A DNA stretch of 64,000 bases from Deferribacterales bacterium. Its GTDB lineage: Bacteria; Chrysiogenota; Deferribacteres; Deferribacterales; Geovibrionaceae. A model generated the notes under the pieces. The model was not told where the DNA came from. It searched no databases and was given only the letters and a program-made list of their open reading frames with translations. Below are positions 31,413 through 41,198 of the stretch, piece after piece. The first letter of the stretch is position 1. Every line of letters begins with the position of its first letter. The stretch covers positions 192,001-256,000 of the forward strand of contig JBFWMA010000004.1 in NCBI GenBank assembly GCA_050251875.1, given 5' to 3'. Made by a program: the position numbers and the translations under genes.

Positions 31413-31440
31413 TTGCCATCCGTAATTCGTCTGGTATCCT
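31413..31440 (+). promoter_or_regulatory. Probable rbs operon promoter
   Basis: TTGCCA-N16-TATCCT with a TG extension; imperfect palindrome TTATTAAAATTTACTAA just upstream (31387-31403). Confidence 0.4.
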
Positions 31441-31460
31441 TTAGGTATAGGAAGCGAAAT

Positions 31461-31880
31461 ATGAAAAAAGGCATACTTTTAAACAGCTCGATATCATCTG
31501 TAATATCAGAAATGGGACACACGGACACGCTGGTGATCGGCGATGCGGGGCTTCCCGTGCCGGACGGCGTCAGGCGGATCGATCTGGCGGTGACGGCTGG
31601 CGTTCCTGATTTTGCCACCGTTCTGGACGCTGTTCTGTCTGAGCTCCAGATAGAGATGGTTACCATCGCTGACGAGATAGCGGTGAAAAATCCGAAGATG
31701 TTCTCCGTGGTGAAGGAGGCGGTGGACAGCGCCGTGTATTCACAGGGAAAACCCGTGGCGGTGGAGAGCGTGCCTCACGAGATATTCAAAGAGATGACGA
31801 AAAAGGCGAAAGCAGTCATAAGGACAGGCGAGACCACTCCTTATTCCAATATCATACTTCATTCCGGCGTGGTGTTCTGA
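31461..31880 (+). CDS. rbsD: D-ribose pyranase
   Basis: MKKGILLN, MGHTD...DAGLPVP and RTGE.TPYSNIIL.SGV motifs. Confidence 0.95.
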   Translation: MKKGILLNSSISSVISEMGHTDTLVIGDAGLPVPDGVRRIDLAVTAGVPDFATVLDAVLSELQIEMVTIADEIAVKNPKMFSVVKEAVDSAVYSQGKPVAVESVPHEIFKEMTKKAKAVIRTGETTPYSNIILHSGVVF

Positions 31881-33388
31881 TGTCAGATATGCCCCTTCTG
31901 GAGATGAAAAACATATGCAAGGAGTTTCCCGGGGTCAAGGCTCTGGACAATGTATCTCTGAGCATACCCGCCGGAGAGGTGCTGGCTCTGCTGGGCGAGA
32001 ACGGGGCGGGCAAATCCACCCTGATGAAGATTCTCAGCGGGGTTTATACGAAAGATTCCGGCGAGATACTGTACAACGGCAAGCCCTTTACTGTGAAAGA
32101 CCCGAAAGACGCTCAGAAGAAGGGGATAGCCATCATCCATCAGGAGCTGAATCTTATCCCTGAGCTCACTGTGGGCGAAAATATATTTCTGGGCAGAGAG
32201 CCGGTCAATTTTTATAAAAAAATAAAATATTCTGAAATGAACGCCGAAGCGGAAAAATATCTGAAACGCCTCGGCATGGATATAAAACCCTCCGTGAAGG
32301 TGGGCAGTCTCAGTGTGGGACAGGCGCAGATGGTGGAGATAGCCAAGGCGCTGTCCATGAACGCCAGAATAATCATAATGGACGAACCCACAGACGCCCT
32401 GACGGACGTGGAGACAGAAAACCTGTACAGCGTCATCCGTGAGCTGAAGGCGGAAGGGCGGGCGATAGTATATATCTCTCATAAGCTCTCCGAGGTGTTT
32501 GACGTGTGCGACAGAGCGGCGATACTGCGTGACGGAACATTTGTCACGTCTCAGCCCGTGTCTGAGCTGACGGAGGAATCCATCATCCAGCTGATGGTGG
32601 GCAGACCCATACACGACAGATATCCGGCTTCCGGAGCTCCGGGAACGGATGTTGTGTTTCAGGCGCAGGGGCTTACCAACCACAGGGTGAAGGATGTCAG
32701 CTTCTCCGTGAAGAGGGGCGAGATTCTTGGCGTTGCCGGGCTGATGGGCTCAGGCAGGAGCGAGGTGGCGAAATCCATCTTCGGCGCTATGCCTCTGGAC
32801 AGCGGGAGCATAGTTCTGGACGGCAAACCGCTTAAGATAAACCATCCGTCCAGCGCCATAGACAACGGTATATCCTATGTGTCCGAGGACAGAAAACAGC
32901 TTGGACTGATTCTGGGGATGTCCGTGAAGGAGAATATCACACTGCCTGCGCTGAAAAGATTTCAGAATATGTTCAGACATGTATCCGCCGAAAAAGAGAT
33001 ACAGGTATCTGAGGAATACATAAATAAAATGTCCATCAAAACCACCGGACCATCGCAGAAGGTGCTGAACCTGAGCGGCGGAAACCAGCAGAAGGTAGCC
33101 ATAGGAAAAGGACTGGTAACAGCGCCCAAGGTGCTGATTCTGGACGAGCCCACCCGGGGCGTGGACGTGGGCGCAAAAAAAGAGATATACGAGCTGATAA
33201 ACGACCTGAAAAAGAACGGCATAGCCATAATACTGATCTCGTCTGAGATGCCCGAGGTAATGGGCATGAGCGACCGCATACTCGTGATGAGCGGCGGAAG
33301 CGTGGCGGGTGAACTGACGAAGGAAGAGGCCACTCAGGAGAAGATAATGAAGCTGGCCATAGAAAACCTCAGCAAAAACGCCGGATAG
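31880..33388 (+). CDS. rbsA: Ribose ABC transporter ATP-binding protein
   Basis: GENGAGKST, HQELNL, MDEPT, LSGGNQQK and DEPTRGVDVGAK. Confidence 0.93.
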   Translation: MSDMPLLEMKNICKEFPGVKALDNVSLSIPAGEVLALLGENGAGKSTLMKILSGVYTKDSGEILYNGKPFTVKDPKDAQKKGIAIIHQELNLIPELTVGENIFLGREPVNFYKKIKYSEMNAEAEKYLKRLGMDIKPSVKVGSLSVGQAQMVEIAKALSMNARIIIMDEPTDALTDVETENLYSVIRELKAEGRAIVYISHKLSEVFDVCDRAAILRDGTFVTSQPVSELTEESIIQLMVGRPIHDRYPASGAPGTDVVFQAQGLTNHRVKDVSFSVKRGEILGVAGLMGSGRSEVAKSIFGAMPLDSGSIVLDGKPLKINHPSSAIDNGISYVSEDRKQLGLILGMSVKENITLPALKRFQNMFRHVSAEKEIQVSEEYINKMSIKTTGPSQKVLNLSGGNQQKVAIGKGLVTAPKVLILDEPTRGVDVGAKKEIYELINDLKKNGIAIILISSEMPEVMGMSDRILVMSGGSVAGELTKEEATQEKIMKLAIENLSKNAG

Positions 33389-33404
33389 AAAAGGAGCGGA
33401 TGAT

Positions 33405-34343
33405 ATGAAAATGACCTTTAAAGAATTTCTGGTAAAATTCAGACCGCTTCTGGGGCTTCTGCTTCTGGCTGTGATAGTGTCGCTCATCAGCCCCCGTTTC
33501 CTCTCCGTGGGAAACATAATGAACGTTCTGCGCCAGACATCCATCAACGCCGTCATAGCGGCGGGCATGACATTCGTCATCCTCACAGGCGGGATAGACC
33601 TCTCAGTGGGCTCAATACTGGCTCTGTGCGGGGCGATCTCGGCGTATATGATAGCCGAGGACATGGGCGTGGCGCTCACTCTGTTCACCACTCTGTCTCT
33701 GGGCACTCTGCTGGGGATATTCGCCGGTATAGCTATCACTAAGGGCAAGGTACAGCCCTTCATCGCCACTCTGGTGAGCATGACTCTGCTCCGGGGTGTC
33801 ACTCTGGTCTTTACAGACGGCAAGCCCATATCCACCGGATATGACGCCGCCGCCGATATATATTCATGGTTCGGCACAGGATATGTGCTGGGCGTTCCCG
33901 TCCCCGTTCTGCTGATGGTTATAGTTTTTGTGGTGTCTTGGTATGTGCTGAAGCATACCCGTTTCGGACGCTATGTGTATGCTATCGGGGGCAATGAAGA
34001 GGCTTCACGCCTTTCCGGTGTCCGTGTCAGCAGGATAAAGATAGCCGTGTATGCCATCAGCGGTCTGACCGCCGCCATAGCGGGCATAACACTCACCGCC
34101 AGACTCTCATCCGCACAGCCCACAGCCGGAGCGGGATATGAGCTGGACGCCATCGCCGCCGTGGTTCTGGGCGGAACCAGCCTCGCCGGAGGTATAGGAA
34201 CAGTTTTCGGAACATTCATCGGAGCGCTCATCATAGGCATATTGAACAACGCCCTGAACCTGATGAACGTCTCTTCATATTATCAGATGATCGCAAAAGG
34301 AGCTGTGATTCTCATAGCTGTCCTTATGGATAGAAAGAAATGA
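33405..34343 (+). CDS. rbsC: Ribose ABC transporter permease
   Basis: GGIDLSVG, QPFIATL, YAIGGNE and YELDAIAAVVLGGTSL. Confidence 0.93.
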   Translation: MKMTFKEFLVKFRPLLGLLLLAVIVSLISPRFLSVGNIMNVLRQTSINAVIAAGMTFVILTGGIDLSVGSILALCGAISAYMIAEDMGVALTLFTTLSLGTLLGIFAGIAITKGKVQPFIATLVSMTLLRGVTLVFTDGKPISTGYDAAADIYSWFGTGYVLGVPVPVLLMVIVFVVSWYVLKHTRFGRYVYAIGGNEEASRLSGVRVSRIKIAVYAISGLTAAIAGITLTARLSSAQPTAGAGYELDAIAAVVLGGTSLAGGIGTVFGTFIGALIIGILNNALNLMNVSSYYQMIAKGAVILIAVLMDRKK

Positions 34344-34359
34344 TTTACAGGAGTAGGTT

Positions 34360-35235
34360 ATGAAAAAAATTCTTCTGATCGTACTGGCATTGGCGATGAT
34401 GGCCGTTATGCCGCTTTACGCAGCCGGAAAGACTGTCGGGCTCGTGGTCTCCACTCTGAACAACCCCTTCTTCGTCACACTGAAAGACGGAGCTGTGGCA
34501 GAGGCGAAGAAACTGGGCATCGAACTTGTGGTTCTTGACTCTCAGAATGACCCCGCAAAAGAGATAGCAAATGTGGAAGACCTGCTCTCCAGAGGTGTTT
34601 CCGCTATTCTGATAAACCCCACAGACTCTGATGCGGTGGGCAACGCCATCACTATGGCAAACAGAGCCAAAATCCCCGTAATCACTCTGGACAGAGGCGC
34701 CAACAAAGGCAAAGTGGTCTCTCACATCGCTTCTGACAACGTAGCCGGCGGAAAAATGGCTGGCGAGTTCATCATGGAAAAACTGGGCAAAAAAGGCAAA
34801 GTGGTTGAGCTGGAAGGTATCCCCGGAACATCTGCCGCCAGAGACAGAGGCAAGGGATTCAACGCCGCTGTCAAAGGATCAGCCATCACAGTGGTTGCCC
34901 GTCAGACAGCTGATTTCGACAGAACAAAAGGTCTGAACGTAATGGAAAACATTCTTCAGGCTCAGCCAGCTATAGACGCTGTTTTCGCTCATAATGACGA
35001 AATGGCTCTGGGCGCTCTGAAAGCTATTCAGGGTACAGGCAGAAAGATAATGGTGGTCGGTTTTGACGCTACAGACGATGCCGTGAAATCTGTGAAAGCA
35101 GGCGGAATGGCGGCTACAGTGGCTCAACAGCCCGCATTTATCGGATCAAAAGGCGTGGAAACAGCACAGGCTGTTCTCTCCGGTAAGAAAGTAGATGCCT
35201 ATGTTCCCGTAGGACTGAAACTGGTAGTAAAATAA
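34360..35235 (+). CDS. rbsB: Ribose ABC transporter substrate-binding protein
   Basis: Signal peptide; [25 protein letters not shown] and [11 protein letters not shown]. Confidence 0.95.
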   Translation: MKKILLIVLALAMMAVMPLYAAGKTVGLVVSTLNNPFFVTLKDGAVAEAKKLGIELVVLDSQNDPAKEIANVEDLLSRGVSAILINPTDSDAVGNAITMANRAKIPVITLDRGANKGKVVSHIASDNVAGGKMAGEFIMEKLGKKGKVVELEGIPGTSAARDRGKGFNAAVKGSAITVVARQTADFDRTKGLNVMENILQAQPAIDAVFAHNDEMALGALKAIQGTGRKIMVVGFDATDDAVKSVKAGGMAATVAQQPAFIGSKGVETAQAVLSGKKVDAYVPVGLKLVVK

Positions 35236-35243
35236 ATCTTCTG

Positions 35244-35272
35244 AGGCGGGGCGTTCTGTCCCGCCTTTTTTT
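35244..35272 (+). terminator. Intrinsic terminator of the rbs operon
   Basis: AGGCGGG/CCCGCCT stem followed by a T tract. Confidence 0.8.
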
Positions 35273-35336
35273 CTCAAATCTCATTCAATATTGATTTTTC
35301 GCCCTTATTAAGTTAAACACTTTGTGGGGTGACGAA

Positions 35337-36590
35337 ATGATTAAAATAATTGCAATGTTCGCATTGCTCACAGGCTCCGCCTATGCCGGAGACAGTGGAG
35401 CTGTCGACAAAGCGGACACACTTTGGGTATTGATTTCCAGTACCTTTGTTCTCTTCATGCTGCCAGGGCTGGCGGTATTCTACACAGGCATGGTAAGCGC
35501 CAAGAACACGCTCTCCACCATGCTCTACAGTTTTGTTTCTATCTTTGTGGTTGGGCTCATCTGGGTCTTCGCCGGACATTCTCTTGCTTTTGCTCCCGGC
35601 GGTAACGCTTTCATCGGCGGAACACTCTATCTGGGATTTTCAAACGTAATGACAGCGGTGAGGGGCAGTATCCCCGAGCCGATATTTGCCATGTTTCAGG
35701 GAATGTTCGCCATCATCACCTGCGCTCTTTTGAGCGGCTCTATAGTTGAACGGGTGAAATTTTCCGCTTTTGTAATGTTCATAGCGGTCTGGAGCATAGT
35801 GGTATACGCTCCCGTGGCTCACTGGGTGTGGGGCGGCGGCTTTCTGGGCGGGTTCGGCGTGCTGGATTTCGCCGGAGGCATCGTGGTTCACTTCACGTCC
35901 GCTGTGGCGGCTCTGGTTTTCATCATCGTTCTGGGCAACAGAGACGGATTTCCCAGACATCAGTTTTTGCCGCATAACCTCATGCTGACGGTTTTCGGCA
36001 CGGGGCTTCTGTGGTTCGGATGGTTTGGGTTCAATGCCGGAAGCGCTCTGGGTGTGAACGACACAGCCTATCTGGCTTTTGTGAACACATTCATAGCCGG
36101 ATGCGGCGGGGGGCTCAGCTGGTCTCTGATGGAATACAGACACGGCAAAACCACCGCTCTGGGTATCTCCTCGGGTATTGTTGCCGGTCTGGCGTCTGTC
36201 ACAAACGCCGCGGGATATGTTTCTCCTGTGTTCGCTCTGGTTATAGGGCTTATGGGAGGCGTTCTGTGCTATCTGGCTGTGTTTCTGAAATTCAAGCTGA
36301 AATATGACGACTCGCTGGACGTGATAGGCATACACGGAGTGGGTGGGGTATGGGGCGCTCTGGCGACCGGACTCTTCGCCTCTGTGGGCGGAACAGGTCT
36401 GTTCTATGGCAACCCGAAGCAGTTTCTGGTTCAGCTCGGTTCTCTGGGCGTGGTTCTTGTCTATACCGTTATAGTTACGTTCGCCATCCTGAAGCTGGTG
36501 GACAAAGCGGTGGGACTGCGTGTTACACGGGAGGACGAGACTCTGGGGCTCGACCGTTCTCAACACGGTGAAACAGCATACAATTCATAA
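35337..36590 (+). CDS. amtB: Ammonium transporter (Amt family)
   Basis: FQGMFA, DFAGGIVVH, LWFGWFGFNAGS and DDSLDVIGIHG (twin His present). Confidence 0.95.
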   Translation: MIKIIAMFALLTGSAYAGDSGAVDKADTLWVLISSTFVLFMLPGLAVFYTGMVSAKNTLSTMLYSFVSIFVVGLIWVFAGHSLAFAPGGNAFIGGTLYLGFSNVMTAVRGSIPEPIFAMFQGMFAIITCALLSGSIVERVKFSAFVMFIAVWSIVVYAPVAHWVWGGGFLGGFGVLDFAGGIVVHFTSAVAALVFIIVLGNRDGFPRHQFLPHNLMLTVFGTGLLWFGWFGFNAGSALGVNDTAYLAFVNTFIAGCGGGLSWSLMEYRHGKTTALGISSGIVAGLASVTNAAGYVSPVFALVIGLMGGVLCYLAVFLKFKLKYDDSLDVIGIHGVGGVWGALATGLFASVGGTGLFYGNPKQFLVQLGSLGVVLVYTVIVTFAILKLVDKAVGLRVTREDETLGLDRSQHGETAYNS

Positions 36591-36594
36591 TAAT

Positions 36595-36624
36595 AAAAGG
36601 GCGGTGGATAAACCGCCTTTTTTT
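36595..36624 (+). terminator. Intrinsic terminator
   Basis: GGCGGT/ACCGCC stem plus T7. Confidence 0.8.
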
Positions 36625-36633
36625 CTATTGCAT

Positions 36634-36651
36634 TATTACTAATTAGTAATA
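36634..36651. promoter_or_regulatory. Perfect 18-bp palindrome, probable MarR operator
   Basis: TATTACTAATTAGTAATA between TTGCAT and TATATT, upstream of marR. Confidence 0.7.
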
Positions 36652-36672
36652 TATTCCGTATCAGAGGCACAC

Positions 36673-37131
36673 ATGAAAACAAAAAAATCATACGGAAAAA
36701 AATCCGACACAGCCATGAGAACATGGATAGATATGTCCAGAGCGTTCAGGAACATCAGAGCCCGTGAGACAGCGTTCATAGAGAGCAGAGGGCTCACTCT
36801 GGATCAGTTCGGCGTTCTGGAGGCTCTCTACCACATGGGCACGCTCTCTGTGGGAGAGCTGACGAGGCTGGTGCTCAGCACGCCGGGCAACATGACCGTG
36901 GTAGTGAGAAACCTGAAGGAAAAAGCCCTGATATCGTCCGAACAGGACTCAGAAGACAGAAGAGTGATAAAACTGACTGTAACCAAGGGCGGTGCTGAGC
37001 TGATAGAACAGATATTTCCGGTTCACGCCGGAAATATGGCAGAATATTTCTCCTGCCTGACTGATGACGAACTGACTGAGATGTCATCGATTATGCGCAG
37101 GCTGGAGAAAGCGAACAGGAGAAAATCATGA
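36673..37131 (+). CDS. MarR-family regulator
   Basis: GLTLDQFGVLEALYH, GNMT.VV.NL and EDRRV..LT..G. Confidence 0.9.
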   Translation: MKTKKSYGKKSDTAMRTWIDMSRAFRNIRARETAFIESRGLTLDQFGVLEALYHMGTLSVGELTRLVLSTPGNMTVVVRNLKEKALISSEQDSEDRRVIKLTVTKGGAELIEQIFPVHAGNMAEYFSCLTDDELTEMSSIMRRLEKANRRKS

Positions 37132-37835
37132 AAACGAGCGTATATAGAAGCGGCAGCAGGGGAAGGGCGGATCACGGCTGGCTGAAATCCGCCTTCAGCT
37201 ACAGCTTTGCCGATTATTTCGATAGAAACCGCATGGGGCTGGGCGCTCTCAGGGTATTTAACGATGACATCATAGCGCCGTCCTCCGGATTTCCTATGCA
37301 CCCTCATGACAACATGGAGATAGTCACCATAGTGACAGAAGGGGCTGTGGAACATAAAGACAGCATGGGCAGCGGGTCTGTCATACGACCGGGCGAGGCG
37401 CAGAGGATGAGCGCAGGGCATGGCATACTCCACTCTGAGTGGAATCCTTCCGCCTATGAGACGCTGAAGCTGTTTCAGATATGGATAAAGACAAGGGACA
37501 GAGACATCGCCCCGGAGTATGAGCAGGCGGTCTTTGATTTCGAGAAGAACAGAGGACGGCTGGTGACAGTGGTCTCCGGCGATCCGGACGAAGAGGGGCT
37601 CACATTTCATCAGGACGCATGGATTATGAGAGGTCTTCTGAGTGAGGGACAGTCTGTTGAATATAAAGTGAAAAGAGATGGTAACGCCCTGTATCTCTTT
37701 GTTGTGAACGGCACTGTGACTCTGAACGGCGAAAAGCTGGAGAGCAGAGATGCCGCCGAGATAGAGAATGCGGATTCTGTAAAACTGCTCAGCGAAGCCG
37801 ATTCGGATATTATACTGATAGAAGTTCCCGTATAA
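37128..37835 (+). CDS. Pirin-family protein (YhhW-like)
   Basis: RGRADHGWL, FSFADY, HPHDNMEI, HKDSMG, MSAG.GI.HSE and QIWI. Confidence 0.93.
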   Translation: MKTSVYRSGSRGRADHGWLKSAFSYSFADYFDRNRMGLGALRVFNDDIIAPSSGFPMHPHDNMEIVTIVTEGAVEHKDSMGSGSVIRPGEAQRMSAGHGILHSEWNPSAYETLKLFQIWIKTRDRDIAPEYEQAVFDFEKNRGRLVTVVSGDPDEEGLTFHQDAWIMRGLLSEGQSVEYKVKRDGNALYLFVVNGTVTLNGEKLESRDAAEIENADSVKLLSEADSDIILIEVPV

Positions 37836-37840
37836 AAAGT

Positions 37841-37866
37841 AAGGCGGTGAAAACACCGCCTTTTTT
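37841..37866. terminator. Terminator between convergent genes
   Basis: AAGGCGGTG/CACCGCCTT stem with T tract. Confidence 0.75.
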
Positions 37867-39431
37867 CATTCATGGTCTCTGTATTGTTCTTTGATTTCCT
37901 GTATCCGCTTATAAACTCTGAAAAAAGCGTCTACCACCGCCGGATCGAAGATTTTTCCGGTGTTCTGCTTTATGAAGAGTATGGTCTCTTCCTCCGACCA
38001 CGGCTGTTTATATATCCTTTTACTGCACAGAGCGTCATAAATATCCGCCAGACAGACTATGCGGGCGGCTATGTGGATCTCTTCGCCAATCAGTCCTCTG
38101 GGATATCCTGAGCCGTCCCAGTATTCGTGGTGTTCTCTGGCTATTATGGCGCTGGTTTTCAGCATGGTTCTGCTGGAGGCTTTCAGCATGTTGTAGCCTA
38201 TGTCGGTGTGGGTCTTCATGACAACCCGCTCATCATCAGACAGCTTGTCCGGTTTCAGCAGGATGGAATCGGCTATGCCGATCTTGCCTATGTCGTGCAT
38301 GGGGGACGCCATTTTATACAGCTCCGCTTCCTCCACGGGAAGCCCCAGAGCGCGGGCTATGGTGTATGTGTATTCCGCCACACGCTTAACGTGAAAGGCG
38401 GTCTCTTTCGATCTGCTCTCCACCACCTCGCCCAGTCGGTATATGATGTCTATCTGGGTGTCGGTGATCTCTTTGTTCAGAATCACGTTGTCGAAGGCGA
38501 TTCCGGCGTTGTGGTTAAATAGGGTCAGCAGGCTCTCTATGGCTGTTTCATTCTCCTGACGGCAGTTCTCCACGAAGAGCAGGTGTATCCTGTCTTTCAT
38601 AGTGGGGAAGTATCCCACATAGTGTTTTCCGATGAAACCGCTCTGTCCGTTCTCCACTGCCTGTTTCAGAAAAGGGATCACCTCAACGGGGATCGGTTTG
38701 CAGTCGTCCATTATTCCGCCTGTGCAGCTTTCGAAACGTCCTGTGGCGGCTATGATCTCATATTCGTTATTATTCTTCTGAGACGCCGTAAAGCCGGATG
38801 TGCTTATATAATACGAGTTTTCGAGCCCCAGAAGCGAAATGACCTGTGTCAGAACACCCTGAGCCAGATGCTCTATGTTCTGTCTCTTAAACAGGTTAGC
38901 AGTGGACTCGATGATATTCTGGAGACCGTCTCTGTTTCTGTTTATGATGTTCAGGTCTCTGAAAGACCTGAGAGCGGAATACATACAGGTGAAGAGCTGC
39001 TGGCTGGTGAGCTCCGCCTTGTTCTTGTAGTCGTTGATGTCGTATTCGGCGATCACCTTGCGCTCGGGAGCCTCGCCGGGCTGTCCTGTGCGCAGGATGA
39101 TACGGATGAATTTATTATTCAGCTCGTTTCTGATGATGTTGGCGAGATTCAGCCCCGCATGGTTGCTCTCCATCACCACATCCAGAAGCACCACGGAGAA
39201 ATCGTTCTCCTCTTTCAGCAGTCTGTACGCCTCGTCTGCGGTGTAGGCGCTGGTGAATCTGAGTCTTTTTCCCTCAAACTCGAAATCGTCCAGAACCATC
39301 CGGGTGGTGGTGTGGATATCTTCTTCGTCATCCACTATAAGAACATGCCAGAAATTGTCCTTCTCCGGTTCTTTCCCGGGTTCTTCGTCTGCGAATACAA
39401 GCAGGTCGTTATTATCCATTATGTTTCTCAT
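37866..39431 (-). CDS. Response regulator with DUF3369-type middle region and HD-GYP phosphodiesterase domain
   Basis: Receiver (IVDDE, LLDVVME), IILRTGQPG.APE, MHDIGK and HHEYWDGSGYP. Confidence 0.9.
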   Translation of the reverse strand: MRNIMDNNDLLVFADEEPGKEPEKDNFWHVLIVDDEEDIHTTTRMVLDDFEFEGKRLRFTSAYTADEAYRLLKEENDFSVVLLDVVMESNHAGLNLANIIRNELNNKFIRIILRTGQPGEAPERKVIAEYDINDYKNKAELTSQQLFTCMYSALRSFRDLNIINRNRDGLQNIIESTANLFKRQNIEHLAQGVLTQVISLLGLENSYYISTSGFTASQKNNNEYEIIAATGRFESCTGGIMDDCKPIPVEVIPFLKQAVENGQSGFIGKHYVGYFPTMKDRIHLLFVENCRQENETAIESLLTLFNHNAGIAFDNVILNKEITDTQIDIIYRLGEVVESRSKETAFHVKRVAEYTYTIARALGLPVEEAELYKMASPMHDIGKIGIADSILLKPDKLSDDERVVMKTHTDIGYNMLKASSRTMLKTSAIIAREHHEYWDGSGYPRGLIGEEIHIAARIVCLADIYDALCSKRIYKQPWSEEETILFIKQNTGKIFDPAVVDAFFRVYKRIQEIKEQYRDHE

Positions 39432-40965
39432 GATTTAATTCTCCCGGAAGGGTGATAATAAACACTGAGCCTTTGCCCTCTTCGCTGGATACAAATATTG
39501 TTCCGCCCAGTTTTCTGGTAACGAGGTTGTATACAACGTTCATGCCCAGACCGGACCCTCCGTTATTCCTTTTTGTTGTGTAAAAAGGTTCGTAGATCCT
39601 GTTCAGCTGTTCCTGTGTCATGCCGTGACCGTTATCCGCAAAGACGATGGTGATGTCTTTGCCGTCGGTTTTGACATCTATGCTTATTTTTCCCTGTTCA
39701 GTATCCTCGAACCCGTGTATGAGGCTGTTCATTATCAGGTTGGAGAATATCTGCATGAACGCCCCCGGATATGAGTTGATAATCAGCTCTTCCGGAGCGT
39801 TTATCGTTATCTGGTGTCTGGTGGTCTTCAGCTTGGGGCGCAGACTCATCAGTATGTCGCCCAGATAGTGCTTCAGATTGAATTCTCTGCGCATCTCGCT
39901 GGACTGATCCACCGCCACCTGTTTAAAACTTTTTATCAGATTCGCCGCTCTCAGCAGGTTCACGGTTATATTTCTGACGGATTCCTCAGAGAGATCGAGG
40001 AATTTGTCCAGATCGCTCTTTTTCATACTCCCGGATTCATATGCGGACTTCAGCTCCTTCAGCTTGTCTTCCAGAAAGGTAGCGGAAGTGACGCCTATCC
40101 CTATGGGCGTGTTTATCTCGTGGGCGACACCGGCGACAAGATTTCCCAGGGACGCCATCTTTTCCGATTCGATCAGCTGGCTCTGGGTCTTTTTAAGATT
40201 GTCCAGAGACGCCTCAAGATCGTTGGTGCGTTCCCGCACCTTGTCTTCCAGCTTTTCGTTCAGCAGGCGGAGCTGGTGTTCGCTCAGCATCAGGCTTCTG
40301 TTGGTTCTGAAGGCGGAATAGATGACATATCCGGACAGCAGGAGTATGAACACGAATACCATCATGGTATATGTGAGCAGTTTTCCCGCCTGGGCGCTGA
40401 CCTCAGCGTCCAGATCCTCCATATATACGCCTGTGCCTATGATCCAGTGCCACTGGGGAAATCTCTTCACAAAAGAGATTTTCGGGACTATGTGCGTGCT
40501 GTCGTCCTTCCACTGCCACATATATTCCGTGAAACCTTCGCCATCGTTCTCTGTAACCTTCACCATATCCATGAAAAGGTGCTGTCCGGCAGGATCGGCG
40601 AAACCTTTCAGATCTTTTCCGTTGAGATCAGGGCGGTAGGGGTGCATAACCATCTTGGGCTCATAGTCGGTTATCCAAAAATAATCTTTGGTCTCCGGAC
40701 CGAATCTGATATCGGCTATCAGGTCTATTGCCTGCTGTTTTGCCTCGTTTTCGGTCATTTTTCCGGAGGCGTAGAGCATATAGTTATGGCGGGCGATATC
40801 CACCGCCGCCTGTGTCAGGTCTCTTATCTGTTCTTTTTTCTGAACCAGCAGACGGGTTTTTATCTCCGGCATATGCACGCCGAATATTATAAAGATAAAA
40901 AGCGCCATTGAGGCTGTGATGGGGAGAATAACTTTGATCCATACAGGCACTTTTGAAATAGTCAT
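39412..40965 (-). CDS. Cache-domain sensor histidine kinase
   Basis: Single Cache (DYFWI...MVMHP, YMWQW, WIIGTGVY), EKMASLG..VAGVAHEINTP, NSLIHGF and GSGLG. Confidence 0.92.
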   Translation of the reverse strand: MTISKVPVWIKVILPITASMALFIFIIFGVHMPEIKTRLLVQKKEQIRDLTQAAVDIARHNYMLYASGKMTENEAKQQAIDLIADIRFGPETKDYFWITDYEPKMVMHPYRPDLNGKDLKGFADPAGQHLFMDMVKVTENDGEGFTEYMWQWKDDSTHIVPKISFVKRFPQWHWIIGTGVYMEDLDAEVSAQAGKLLTYTMMVFVFILLLSGYVIYSAFRTNRSLMLSEHQLRLLNEKLEDKVRERTNDLEASLDNLKKTQSQLIESEKMASLGNLVAGVAHEINTPIGIGVTSATFLEDKLKELKSAYESGSMKKSDLDKFLDLSEESVRNITVNLLRAANLIKSFKQVAVDQSSEMRREFNLKHYLGDILMSLRPKLKTTRHQITINAPEELIINSYPGAFMQIFSNLIMNSLIHGFEDTEQGKISIDVKTDGKDITIVFADNGHGMTQEQLNRIYEPFYTTKRNNGGSGLGMNVVYNLVTRKLGGTIFVSSEEGKGSVFIITLPGELNHEKHNG

Positions 40966-41160
40966 AATACGCTCCGCAGTTAAATAATAATGAAATGAGA
41001 GGATGATTTGGATTTATAGAACAACATCAATCATTTTTACTCATATCTATATTTATTAACCCGATAATGAATTTGTGTATAGTGTAACGTCTGATTAATA
41101 ATATATGATGGTTTTACGGTTTGTCTATGCGATTTTTAAGATAAAAAAAGACCGGAAACA

Positions 41161-41186
41161 AAAAAGCCCCTCTGTGAAGAGGGGCT
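41161..41186 (-). terminator. Intrinsic terminator after argJ
   Basis: AGCCCCTCT/AGAGGGGCT stem with A tract on the plus strand. Confidence 0.75.
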
Positions 41187-41198
41187 GTAGGCTTAATT

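Noticed and set aside
35337..36590. amt without adjacent glnK
   Set aside because: Orphan amt paralogues are common, and the conserved pore residues look ordinary.
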